Positions 9,093 through 18,362 of a stretch of DNA of 64,000 bases are shown here, in pieces. Location: the NCBI GenBank assembly GCA_958296135.2, contig CATQHZ020000001.1, forward strand, positions 2,208,001 through 2,272,000. Reading direction: 5' to 3'. Made by a program: the position numbers and the translations under genes. The notes under the pieces are model-generated. The model ran no database searches, was not told where the DNA came from, and saw only the letters and a list, made by a program, of their open reading frames with translations. Source of the DNA: an uncultured Poribacteria bacterium (lineage in GTDB: Bacteria; Poribacteria; WGA-4E; WGA-3G). Each line of letters begins with the position of its first letter. Position 1 is the stretch's first letter.

Positions 9093-10712
9093 ATGAGATA
9101 TTTTCAAACCCAGGGCACCGTATATCCCGAAGATAACTACATCGTTGCCCGTCGAAAAGAACTCGCCGATTTCATCATGCGGGTGAAACGCGGCAGATAC
9201 ATCGTGCTTTTCGCACCCCGCCAAACCGGGAAGACTACGTTCTTCCGCACTGCGCTAGAAGCCCTTACGGCTGAAGAACCAGACTACTTTCCAATTCAAC
9301 TCAATTTTGAGGCGTATGAAGACAGCGATGCTGCTGAATTTTACGCAGGGCTCCCCGAGGATATTCACGTGGCAATCGAGACGGTTTTTCAGCAACGCTG
9401 CAGGCGCATCTCTGCGCCTTTCGCCCAATTTTTGGAGGATACGAGATTCACCAATCATCTCTCAATGAGAAGGTTCTTTAGGCAGCTTTCAACTTTTCTC
9501 AATAATCAACGGGTTGTTCTCATCATGGACGAGTTTGATGCCATCCCGCGAGAGGCCCTGCGCGGTTTTCTGCATATACTCCGCGCTATCTATCTCTCTG
9601 GTAGGGTGCGATGTCCTCACAGCGTCGGAATTGTCGGCGTTAAGAGGCTCACGCAGCTCAGCTACGATAGGACTATCTCGCCCTTTAATATTCAGGACGA
9701 GTTTCACTTGCCGAACTTCACGCTCGCCCAGGTGCAGGAACTCCTCGGGCAGTATACCGAGGAAGTCGGCCAAGCCTTCGCACCAGAAGTCATTGAAAGC
9801 CTCTACAAACAGACGGCCGGACAGCCGGTGCTTGTCAACCGATTGGCACAGATACTCACCGCGGAATTGGACATTCCAAAGACGGAGATGATTGACACCG
9901 AACACTTTTCAACCGCACACAGGCACCTCCTCCGCGAGTCAAACGTCAACCTCCAGCATCTCACAACCAATATCCAGAGGGATGCCCGATTTGCAAGGCT
10001 CCTCATGAAAATCGCGTCTTATGATGAAGGTATCCGATTCAATCCGCGCGACGAAATTATGGATGAACTCGCCACATACGGTGTCCTCGCGGAAGGCCCG
10101 GATGGGATGTGTGAAATCGTCAATCCCATTTATCATTATTGCATTCTACAGACGTTTGAACCCGCAGTGAACGGACTAGAGGCGGAATACTTCCCCAAAG
10201 ACACCGGCCCCGAGACCTTTCGGGAGTACCTCATCCCCACCGGACAGATTGACATGGCACTGCTCCTCGATAACTTTCGCGATTTCATCGCGCGTGCCGG
10301 ATTCCGAATCCTACTAGTACCACAGACACCACAAGAATATGTGGGGCAGCATCTCCTGTTCGCCTATTTGGATAACTTTGTCCGGCAGGTGCATGGGACA
10401 CTGCACCTGGAGGTGCAAACTGGACGCGGTAGGATAGATCTGATGGTGCACCATCGTAACCAGAAATACATCGTTGAAACCAAAATCTGGCAGGGCGAAC
10501 GAAGTTACCAGAGCGGCAAACAGCAACTCGCCGCCTATCTTAAGTTGGAAGGTGTCACGGAGGGATACTACATCGTCTTCGATCATCGAAGGACACCAGA
10601 GCCGCGCGTAGAAACGGAGATGCTGGAAGGAAACCTGACAATTCGGAGTTACGTCATCCCCGTGATGCAAGAACCACCCTCCGCTAGCAGCGCGGGGCCA
10701 GCAGAACCGTAA
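9093..10712 (+). CDS. AAA-like ATPase with C-terminal PD-(D/E)XK-type nuclease domain
   Basis: Walker A-like APRQTGKTT, Walker B LIMDEFD, SPFNI; C-terminal EVQTGRGRIDL...YIVETK...QLAAYL; AAGGAG RBS before ATG 9093. Confidence 0.8.
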   Translation: MRYFQTQGTVYPEDNYIVARRKELADFIMRVKRGRYIVLFAPRQTGKTTFFRTALEALTAEEPDYFPIQLNFEAYEDSDAAEFYAGLPEDIHVAIETVFQQRCRRISAPFAQFLEDTRFTNHLSMRRFFRQLSTFLNNQRVVLIMDEFDAIPREALRGFLHILRAIYLSGRVRCPHSVGIVGVKRLTQLSYDRTISPFNIQDEFHLPNFTLAQVQELLGQYTEEVGQAFAPEVIESLYKQTAGQPVLVNRLAQILTAELDIPKTEMIDTEHFSTAHRHLLRESNVNLQHLTTNIQRDARFARLLMKIASYDEGIRFNPRDEIMDELATYGVLAEGPDGMCEIVNPIYHYCILQTFEPAVNGLEAEYFPKDTGPETFREYLIPTGQIDMALLLDNFRDFIARAGFRILLVPQTPQEYVGQHLLFAYLDNFVRQVHGTLHLEVQTGRGRIDLMVHHRNQKYIVETKIWQGERSYQSGKQQLAAYLKLEGVTEGYYIVFDHRRTPEPRVETEMLEGNLTIRSYVIPVMQEPPSASSAGPAEP

Positions 10713-10826
10713 CCTCTTTCCGCTTCCCGGCAGGAGCGCATCAATAACCATCCGAAGAAGATTATTTCCGCAACAATATCTTCCGCAGTCTAGCAGAGCC
10801 TCTTTTTTCGCAACAATTTTTTTTGC

Positions 10827-10855
10827 TTGAAAAATTAATCAAAATCTGCTATCAT
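10827..10855 (+). promoter_or_regulatory. Putative sigma70 promoter upstream of sbcD
   Basis: TTGAAA-N17-TATCAT with TG extension in an AT-rich stretch. Confidence 0.4.
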
Positions 10856-10983
10856 AAATATTCAATACTAAATTACGTTGATTTCCCAGTACTGGATGTC
10901 TAGCTAGAGCAACCTCTCTTTAGATCCTAGCGGACCTAATGAATCTGAAACCTTTTGTTCCAGTTCGGCGTTAAGAAAAACAG

Positions 10984-11110
10984 CAGTAGGAGAGACCTCC
11001 TGGTCTCGACATCATCTGTAGTAGGAGAAACCTCCCGGGCTCAACTCTGCAGTAGGAGAGACCTCCTGGTCTTGACATCATCTGTAGTAGGAGAAACCTC
11101 CCGCGTCTCG
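10984..11110 (+). repeat. Tandem repeat (2 x 66 bp) built from four GTAGGAGA-type REP-like hairpins
   Basis: GTAGG starts at 10986, 11021, 11052 and 11087; unit GTAGGAGAGACCTCCTGGTCTCGA contains the GAGACC/GGTCTC stem. Confidence 0.85.
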
Positions 11111-11194
11111 ATGCCCATGAAACTGGCGTTGCGCGAGGCAAGGTAATTTGCCTAACAACATCCGAATTGAAAACCACGAAGGTCCTGATAAAAT

Positions 11195-12412
11195 ATGCTC
11201 ATATTGCACACCGCCGATTGGCACATCGGGCAGCGGCTCCACGAACGGCCGCGGATCGACGAACACAGACAATTCTTAGAGTGGCTCCTCAAAACGATTA
11301 AAGAACGCGCCGTGGAGCTCCTCCTCGTTTCGGGAGACATCTTTAATACGTCGCTTCCCTCTGCGGATGCCACGAATCTCTATTACGATTTCCTCCACCG
11401 GTTTTCCAAGGAGACGAAGGCGTATGCGGTTATCACCGCCGGCAACCACGATTCGCCGCGGCATTTGGAAGCACCGAAAGAGTTCCTCAAGATGGGGAGG
11501 ATTTACGTCGTTGGGCGCGCCGCTGAAGCGGATGATTGTGTCCTCCCCTTTCCGCCGGAAAACCCGAAGGTCGCCGTAGCAGCCGTACCGTATCTCTCCG
11601 AAAGCGAGTTGTCGCACATCTCGTTTGAAACCGAGCCGGAGAAAGCCGAACGCTATCGCGAGCGTCTGAAAGCACTCTATCGGCAGTGCGTTGACGCGAT
11701 GCCCGCTGAGCTCCCGAAGATTTTGATGGGACACCTCTTCGTCAAAGATGGAAAAGTGGGCGATTCGGAACGCAACATCCAAATCGGGGGTGCGACTGCG
11801 ATCCACGTTAAAGATTTTCCTGATGGAGTGGATTACGTCGCCTTAGGGCATTTGCATCGGCCGCAGGAAATTAAACGCGCGAGTTATCCGGTCCGCTATT
11901 CCGGTTCGCCGCTGCCCTTGCGGTTCAACGAAGCCACTTATCGCAAGACGGTTTACCTGCTAGAGGTTTCCGATGCTGGCAAGTCTCTTTCGGTGGAAGG
12001 GATCGAGATTCCTAATTGCATCGGCAAGGAACTCTGCACTGTGGAGGGAGATCTCAACACGGTTTTGACGCGGGCGATGGAAGAGGATTGGGATGGGAAA
12101 TACATCCAGGTCAAACTGACATTGGATAAACCGGAAGTCGGTATCAAGGAAAAGGTTCAGGACGCGTTTGGCCAACGCGGCGGCGATGTGCTGATCGTTA
12201 AACTGGAACTGCGCGATCCGGCCTGCCCAGACCCCTGGGACGGGATTCAACTTGAGGATCTGCGGCAGCCCACTGAAATTTTTAAGCTGTTCTATGAAAA
12301 AAAAGGATTTGGCAAAGAGCCTGATGAACAGCTCATGCAAACGTTCACCGAACTGCTGGAGTCGGTAAAAAATAAGGAGGTATCTGATGAAAGTGATCCA
12401 GCTGAGACTTAA
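11195..12412 (+). CDS. sbcD: Exonuclease SbcCD subunit D (Mre11-like)
   Basis: LHTADWHIG, SGDIF, AGNHDS, YVALGHLH, RYSGSP metallophosphoesterase motifs. Confidence 0.92.
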   Translation: MLILHTADWHIGQRLHERPRIDEHRQFLEWLLKTIKERAVELLLVSGDIFNTSLPSADATNLYYDFLHRFSKETKAYAVITAGNHDSPRHLEAPKEFLKMGRIYVVGRAAEADDCVLPFPPENPKVAVAAVPYLSESELSHISFETEPEKAERYRERLKALYRQCVDAMPAELPKILMGHLFVKDGKVGDSERNIQIGGATAIHVKDFPDGVDYVALGHLHRPQEIKRASYPVRYSGSPLPLRFNEATYRKTVYLLEVSDAGKSLSVEGIEIPNCIGKELCTVEGDLNTVLTRAMEEDWDGKYIQVKLTLDKPEVGIKEKVQDAFGQRGGDVLIVKLELRDPACPDPWDGIQLEDLRQPTEIFKLFYEKKGFGKEPDEQLMQTFTELLESVKNKEVSDESDPAET

Positions 12413-15299
12413 GAATCTCGGCCCGTTTTACGTCACACCGGTCGAACTTGATTTTGAAAACGGACCGTTGGCTGATGCTTCGCTCGTGGCGATCACAGGG
12501 CGGACGGGTGCGGGGAAGACGATGCTGTTCGATGCGATCTGCGTCGCGCTTTACGGCAAAACGCCGCGCTTGGATGGTATTGAAGACAAACACCCGAGGC
12601 ACCTTCTCAGCCACGACAGGACCGAAGGTCATGCCGAGGTGATTTTTGAGGCGAACAGAACACGTTACCTCGCTAAGTGGTCCATAGAACGTGGCGATTC
12701 ACCAAGCGGAAAGCTAAAGGTTGTTACTACCGACGAGTTAATCACCGACAGGTTACACCCGCTTGGCAAATCTACTGGCAGTAGCGAGAGGATGATTAGC
12801 GAAGAAATTGAGTCTATCTTGGGACTTGATTTTGATGCATTCAAGCGGTCTGTCATGTTAGCGCAGGGCGAATTCGCGGCGTTCCTGAAAGCAGCCCCCG
12901 CAGACAAACTGAAAATTTTGACGGCCGCCGCAGACCTTGGCATTTACGATGACCTAAGAGGCGCGTTAAAAGAAAAAATGAACGCGGTTAGGGCTGACCT
13001 GAGAACGGCTTTAACGGAACCAACCACTATCCTAGGATTTGTCGACCTGACAGAGTTGGCTCCCGCAAAAAGCGTTTTAAGAGAACTAGACAATATTCTA
13101 TTACGGAACGGTGACCCCGGCAAAACCGGCAAAGGATTTGTTTCCAAGGACCTAGACGCTATTCTAGGAGTCCTGCGCAAACAGGTTTCCGATGCAAAAG
13201 AGACGCTATGCCGTTTGAAGAAGGACGCGAGCGCACTTGCCGATCTGGCAGAGGAACACGAATGCAAAAAGCGGCGAGAAGAAGAGCGGACCGAGGCGTT
13301 TAAAAAATTGGAATGTTCCAAAAAATGCCTATGCGAACTCCTCGCTCGGGCACCGGAAATTGCGGCACTTGAGAAAGAACTTGAACGCGCCATTCTCGCC
13401 AACCAACTCCATCACGAAAAATCGGCTTACGATAACGCCAAATCCGAACAGGACGAGGCTGAGTCGGAACTTCGCGATGGAAAAAAGAAGCGCGACGAGG
13501 CACAAAAGGATAGTGACTTGCGGCGCGCCATTTTTGACGAAATTGACGATGCCTACCAAACTGCCTTGTCAGAAGCCCAGACGAAAAAGGCTGCCTACAA
13601 TGCAGCGATACCTGATCTGAGGTCAGCGCATAACCTGTTTGCACGCGCGGATGCCCTGATTCCCGAAGAGAAAAAACTGGAGGAAAAGATTGCCAGTTTG
13701 TCCTCCCAGTTAACTGACGGTAGAAAGCGTCGAACGAAATTGGTAGGACAGATCCGAAAGGCGGAGACGTTCATTGATGAAAATCCGCTCCCGGCAGATC
13801 GACAAGAACGGCTTAAGCTGCGGGACTTGGCGGTTCTGGCAAATCCTATCAAAGCACTGCGCCAGAAACTTAATAGCGGTGAACCTTGTCTCGTCTGTGG
13901 TGCAACGGAACATCCGCATGCCCATGAGATCGCAAGCGAGATAGGATCCGCCACTGAACCCCTTCTCTGGAACGCGATACCTGATTACCTCCACGGGCTC
14001 GGACCCACACTTGAGGAAGCCTTATCTCGAGTAGTCAAACGGATAGACGCTGTTGAAGCGCGCGAAGAAGAGTGCAGACAGAAACAGAGTCAGTTGCGAG
14101 AACTTGACTTGACTATCCAGGCAACCCAGCGTGAACTTGAAAACGCTGAGGACACTAGAAAATCGGTTCTCGCCGACATTGAAGGCTACCAGCGCGATGG
14201 CAATGAACTTTTGGCTGCCGCCAGTGAGAAAACTGGCGGGTTGACAACCGAAGCGGAGATTGATGCCGCTCTCAAAAATCTCGAAGACGCGGTTCGGGAG
14301 AAGGCAACTCAGCGCGACGAAGCCAAGAAGGCACTTACGGACAGCGAGACATTGCTAACTCAGGCACAAACCGACTATAACCTTCGCGTATCCCTCCGTG
14401 ACAAATGGGCGGCAAAACTCGAAACGGCACGCAAGACTTACCTAGATAAGTTAAGCGGTACCGGGTTTGACTCCCCGGAGGCACACGATAACGCGTTTCG
14501 GGAAGAAGAGTGGATAGAGGCGGCAAAGCTCAAGATCGCAAACTATCGGCAAGAAATGCACCAACTTGAGGTAGCCATTGCCGAACTGAGCGCGCGATTT
14601 GAGGAAACGCCGTTCGATCCAAAGAAATTGGGACAGATTATCGCGAAATTGGCAAAGATTGAGGAAGATATTCGGAAGGTGGACCAAAGGATTGGCGCGC
14701 AACGGCAGATCGTCACTAACTTGAAGGATGCCCTTTCCAAGTTTAATGACTCGGCGGAGAAAGTCCGGGAGGCCTACGAGGAATTCTCGCGATGGAACAA
14801 TTTGCGGATGACAATCGCACACCCCAACCCCGGTGCCCTGAGCAATTTCGCGTTGCAGGTTGTGCTTGAGCAAGTCAGTCAGTTTGCCAATACGCAACTA
14901 GAATACCTGACATCCGGCCGGTATCAACTCAAGGTTGAAGTTATCCGCAAGCTTAGCGGCCTCAAACTCACCGTCGTTGACAAGTGGAACGCAAACAAGG
15001 AACGTCCCGTCGAAACGCTCTCCGGCGGTGAATCATTCCTCACAAGCTTCGCGTTGGCTCTTGGATTATCGGAGGTTAGTCGCGGTCGCGCCCAAATCGA
15101 TTCGCTTTTCCTTGACGAAGGCTTCGGCACACTCGATGCCGAGACGCTTGACATCATCATCGACTCGCTGGATAGACTCCGCAAGCAGGGACGCAGCATC
15201 TTCCTCATCAGCCACGTTGAGAAACTCACGAGACGTTTGCCTGTCGAAATCCGCGTACGAAAAGGGAGAAACGGGAATTCAACGGTTGACGTTGGTTGA
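12387..15299 (+). CDS. sbcC: SbcC / Rad50-like SMC ATPase
   Basis: Walker A GRTGAGKT, Q-loop LAQGEF, coiled coils with central CLVC zinc hook, LSGGE signature, FLDEGFGTLD, ISH. Confidence 0.92.
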   Translation: MKVIQLRLKNLGPFYVTPVELDFENGPLADASLVAITGRTGAGKTMLFDAICVALYGKTPRLDGIEDKHPRHLLSHDRTEGHAEVIFEANRTRYLAKWSIERGDSPSGKLKVVTTDELITDRLHPLGKSTGSSERMISEEIESILGLDFDAFKRSVMLAQGEFAAFLKAAPADKLKILTAAADLGIYDDLRGALKEKMNAVRADLRTALTEPTTILGFVDLTELAPAKSVLRELDNILLRNGDPGKTGKGFVSKDLDAILGVLRKQVSDAKETLCRLKKDASALADLAEEHECKKRREEERTEAFKKLECSKKCLCELLARAPEIAALEKELERAILANQLHHEKSAYDNAKSEQDEAESELRDGKKKRDEAQKDSDLRRAIFDEIDDAYQTALSEAQTKKAAYNAAIPDLRSAHNLFARADALIPEEKKLEEKIASLSSQLTDGRKRRTKLVGQIRKAETFIDENPLPADRQERLKLRDLAVLANPIKALRQKLNSGEPCLVCGATEHPHAHEIASEIGSATEPLLWNAIPDYLHGLGPTLEEALSRVVKRIDAVEAREEECRQKQSQLRELDLTIQATQRELENAEDTRKSVLADIEGYQRDGNELLAAASEKTGGLTTEAEIDAALKNLEDAVREKATQRDEAKKALTDSETLLTQAQTDYNLRVSLRDKWAAKLETARKTYLDKLSGTGFDSPEAHDNAFREEEWIEAAKLKIANYRQEMHQLEVAIAELSARFEETPFDPKKLGQIIAKLAKIEEDIRKVDQRIGAQRQIVTNLKDALSKFNDSAEKVREAYEEFSRWNNLRMTIAHPNPGALSNFALQVVLEQVSQFANTQLEYLTSGRYQLKVEVIRKLSGLKLTVVDKWNANKERPVETLSGGESFLTSFALALGLSEVSRGRAQIDSLFLDEGFGTLDAETLDIIIDSLDRLRKQGRSIFLISHVEKLTRRLPVEIRVRKGRNGNSTVDVG

Positions 15300-15399
15300 T
15301 TTCGGAAACGGAGCGGATTTTGAACGACATCCGCCCCGACGACTAAAGGGCGCGCTTGCAAAGCGCGCCTACTGGTATAGAGTGAAATGGAGGATTTCT

Positions 15400-16158
15400 A
15401 TGCAATTTGGCTTCATGTCATCCGTCTGTCCGCCGCTAACGCTGGCAGAACTCATTGACAAAGCGAAACACTATAACTATCAACACCTAGAATTCCGCGT
15501 GGAATGGAAACACGGACACGGTGTTGAATTGGACGCAACCCCGGAACAACTGCGCGAGGCAAAAGCGCGCCTCGCCGACAGCGGCATCGCACTCTCCTGC
15601 ATTGCAACCGGTTGCAGATTCGTCAGTGCGGACGCACAAGAACGCGCCGCGCAGGTGGAATTGCTTAAGCGATATATCGGGCTCGCCGAAACGATGGGCG
15701 CGCAGAATATTCGGATCTTCGGAGATCCGGTGCCGAAAACACCGGTTGAGGTAGCAGAAACGCTCGATTGGGAGGCAGATGGCATCCGCGCCTGCGACGA
15801 ACTCGCCGGTGAAGCGGGAGTCGCGCTCTGTCTGGAGACGCACGGCAATCTCATCGCCAGTTACGTATCTGAAGTGCTGCACCGAGCGGAGGCGCAGCAT
15901 ACCTTCGTGAATTGGCACGCGGCGCATCATGTCCGGCATGGCCAACCCGTTGACGTAGCGTATGCGCATCTGCGTGGGAAGATTCGGCACGCGCACGTCA
16001 ACTTCGGCAGTGAAGGCCCGATGCCTGACACGGAGAAGGACTCCCTCACGCTCCTCGCGCGAGATGGATATACGGGGTTCGTGTCAATAGAGGTGATTAA
16101 CCCACCGGATTCGGATGCGGTGCTGCAACGGCATGCGGAACTCTATAACGCGCTCTAA
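15400..16158 (+). CDS. Sugar phosphate isomerase/epimerase (xylose isomerase-like TIM barrel)
   Basis: LCLETHG, HAHV, YTGFVSIE; GGAGG RBS before ATG 15400. The 14935 start in the ORF track overlaps sbcC. Confidence 0.85.
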   Translation: MQFGFMSSVCPPLTLAELIDKAKHYNYQHLEFRVEWKHGHGVELDATPEQLREAKARLADSGIALSCIATGCRFVSADAQERAAQVELLKRYIGLAETMGAQNIRIFGDPVPKTPVEVAETLDWEADGIRACDELAGEAGVALCLETHGNLIASYVSEVLHRAEAQHTFVNWHAAHHVRHGQPVDVAYAHLRGKIRHAHVNFGSEGPMPDTEKDSLTLLARDGYTGFVSIEVINPPDSDAVLQRHAELYNAL

Positions 16159-16229
16159 TATTCATTCTTGGAAACGTACGTACGGAAAGAGGAGAAGGCG
16201 CGGTTGAAAACCGCGCCTACCAATTCCAT

Positions 16230-16559
16230 TCAAACGCTGAACGACTCGCCGCAGCCGCAGGTGTTTCTGGCGTTCGGATTGGTAATCTTGAACCCGGAAT
16301 CCATCAGCCCATCGTTATAGTCCAGCACCGAACCGGCGAGGTAGAGAGTGCTGCGCGGGTCGATGAACACTTTCAGTCCGTGGAATTCAAACACCTTGTC
16401 GGTGCCTTTCGGCGCACCGAATTCAAGGTTGTATTGGAAGCCGGAGCATCCACCGCCGACAACTTGCATCCGCAAGCCGTGTGCGTCGGTGGCTGATTCG
16501 CTACTTCGATTGATGAGCGCGACAGCTTTTTGTGCCGCGGATTCTGTTACAGTAATCAT
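16230..16559 (-). CDS. A-type Fe-S carrier protein (IscA/ErpA/HesB family)
   Basis: GGGCSGFQY and C-terminal TCGCGESF motifs. Confidence 0.93.
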   Translation of the reverse strand: MITVTESAAQKAVALINRSSESATDAHGLRMQVVGGGCSGFQYNLEFGAPKGTDKVFEFHGLKVFIDPRSTLYLAGSVLDYNDGLMDSGFKITNPNARNTCGCGESFSV

Positions 16560-16573
16560 TGTTATTGCATCTC

Positions 16574-16963
16574 CTATTTTGTAGGAAGGACCTCTAGTCC
16601 CGATTTAGACAGCGCATCGGCAATTGCCATTTTGAGGACTTCTTCCGCATAGACAGCATAGCGGTGCTTGTCCGAGGGTAACCCGCCTAACGCCTCGGAG
16701 AGCACCGTCGCCGTGATTTTATGGGCACCCAACATCGGGAGCCCGGTAATCAATTCGGTTAAGATCGAGCCACTCGCAATCGCGGTTGGGCATCCGAATG
16801 CCCGAAATTTTGCCGCAACAATAGACCCGTTTGCGACGTTGAGCGTCAGTTTAAGCATCTCCCCGCTAGCAGCAGACCCGACGGTGGCAGAGCCATCCGC
16901 ATCGGCGATAGTCCCGATGTTGCGCGGGTTTTCATAATGGTCTGTCACTTGTTGCGTCAACAT
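16574..16963 (-). CDS. IscU/NifU-N-like protein with degenerate cysteine ligands
   Basis: DHYENPRNIG, KFRAFGCPTAIAS, LGGLP motifs; only one Cys. Confidence 0.8.
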   Translation of the reverse strand: MLTQQVTDHYENPRNIGTIADADGSATVGSAASGEMLKLTLNVANGSIVAAKFRAFGCPTAIASGSILTELITGLPMLGAHKITATVLSEALGGLPSDKHRYAVYAEEVLKMAIADALSKSGLEVLPTK

Positions 16964-17001
16964 AGCGTTCCCTGTCCGTGCATCCCATCCATCATATTTT
17001 A

Positions 17002-17030
17002 ATTATACCCTATTCTGTAAGGAATGTCAA
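17002..17030 (-). promoter_or_regulatory. Consensus sigma70 promoter for iscU-iscA
   Basis: Perfect TTGACA-N17-TATAAT on the minus strand. Confidence 0.75.
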
Positions 17031-17055
17031 ATTTTAACCTCACGGAATAAAAACC

Positions 17056-17084
17056 TTGACACATATCAGCATCTATTGTATCTT
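17056..17084 (+). promoter_or_regulatory. Putative divergent sigma70 promoter
   Basis: TTGACA-N17-TATCTT upstream of the secreted protein gene. Confidence 0.5.
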
Positions 17085-17130
17085 AAAACATTATGACACT
17101 GCTTTGCAACGCTTTATGGAGGAACAGCCC

Positions 17131-17832
17131 ATGATTCAGAAAAGTCAATTCACATTCGTTGTAGCATGCACGCTGGTGCTGCTCAGCGCGCTCCCAACTT
17201 TCGCCGTAGAACAGTTTAAAGTGTCCAAATACGGCAAAGGGGTGCAGATCTGGTTTGAAGCGGAGGCCTTTGACGAAAGGGACTCCGAAGATGTCTACCA
17301 ACTCGGAAAAGCCGAAAAAGCGGTAGACCCGGCCGATGATGCCTACGGTGATATTGTTACCAACGCGGGTGCCGGCAAGAAAGGCTGGATACTCTACCGG
17401 TTCGACATCAGTCGCGCGGGCGGAAAAGCCGGCGACTGGCGGTTCATCGGAAGAGTTATTAATCCAAGCAACCACTCAGACTGGCTCTGGGTGCTCGGCG
17501 ACGATGGCGACAAAATCCCCGAGAATGAGCCCGTTTTTGTCCGGCCAGATCATATCATCTTTGAAGAAAACGTACCCGCATGGACTTGGAAGCGAACAGG
17601 TGATTTCGGACAAGATGGCGGCACCGTCAATGAATTGCAAGACGGTGAGAACGTCATGATGATCTGGACGCGGCAGAGCTCGCTTCAGGTGCAATATGAC
17701 GTTTTCCTCTGGTCCAGCGATCTGGAGTATCAACCGACAGACGAGGACTACGAGAAAGCGGAAGACAAAACGTTGCCGGTTCAACCGGATGGGTTGCTGA
17801 CGACAACGTGGAGCCGCCTCAAGCGTCAGTAG
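17131..17832 (+). CDS. Secreted hypothetical protein with C-terminal LPVQPDGLLTTTWSRLK tail
   Basis: Signal-peptide-like N-terminus (FTFVVACTLVLLSALPTFA), WFEAE motif typical of CBM-like beta-sandwiches, GGAGG RBS before ATG 17131. Confidence 0.75.
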   Translation: MIQKSQFTFVVACTLVLLSALPTFAVEQFKVSKYGKGVQIWFEAEAFDERDSEDVYQLGKAEKAVDPADDAYGDIVTNAGAGKKGWILYRFDISRAGGKAGDWRFIGRVINPSNHSDWLWVLGDDGDKIPENEPVFVRPDHIIFEENVPAWTWKRTGDFGQDGGTVNELQDGENVMMIWTRQSSLQVQYDVFLWSSDLEYQPTDEDYEKAEDKTLPVQPDGLLTTTWSRLKRQ

Positions 17833-18307
17833 TGGAAGAGGTTGGCTCCAACTCCGCTTGGCATTCGGCACAGTAGCCGATAATCTCGTTGCGGAAGCGC
17901 ACCGGTTTAAACGCGTGCTCCTCGCACACCGCTTTCTGGAGAGCGTCAATCTTCGGCTCTTTGAACTCCACGATCTGGCTGCACCGCAGGCAGATGAGAT
18001 GCGCGTGCTCGCGAAGCGAATGGATGCTCTCATAACGGGTGTTCTTTTGCGCGTCGATGAATTCTGTCAACAACCCGCTTTTGACGAGGAGCGGCAGCGT
18101 CCGGTAGATAGTCGGCCGCGAGGCACGGTAGCCGTTCCGCCGCATCTGAACAAGCAAGTCTTCGGCTTGGAAATGCCCGTTATAGGCATAGACCTGCTCC
18201 AAAATGTCCTGCCGTTTCGTTGTAAGACGGAGGCCGCAGCTTTCGAGATAGTCTTTAAACTGTTTGACAGAATCGGGTGGGGCTTTGGGTTTTTCGACGG
18301 TTTCCAT
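17819..18307 (-). CDS. Fur family transcriptional regulator
   Basis: GLRLTTKRQDIL, SRPTIYRTL, HAHLICLRC, GYCAEC. Confidence 0.9.
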   Translation of the reverse strand: METVEKPKAPPDSVKQFKDYLESCGLRLTTKRQDILEQVYAYNGHFQAEDLLVQMRRNGYRASRPTIYRTLPLLVKSGLLTEFIDAQKNTRYESIHSLREHAHLICLRCSQIVEFKEPKIDALQKAVCEEHAFKPVRFRNEIIGYCAECQAELEPTSSTTDA

Positions 18308-18362
18308 TGTGTATTCCTTATTCCCCGTAGGCGCGCTTTGGCAGCGCGCCTACGGGGTTGTT

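Noticed and set aside
10984-11110. Mini-CRISPR
   Set aside because: Intervening sequences are only about 10 bp and are themselves duplicated; this is a tandem duplication of REP-like hairpins.
14935-15399. N-terminal extension of the isomerase ORF
   Set aside because: It overlaps sbcC and a REP, and a GGAGG RBS supports ATG 15400. Similar ORF-track extensions of dppC, udg, tsf, rtcB, cupin, Uma2 and arc were trimmed for the same reasons.
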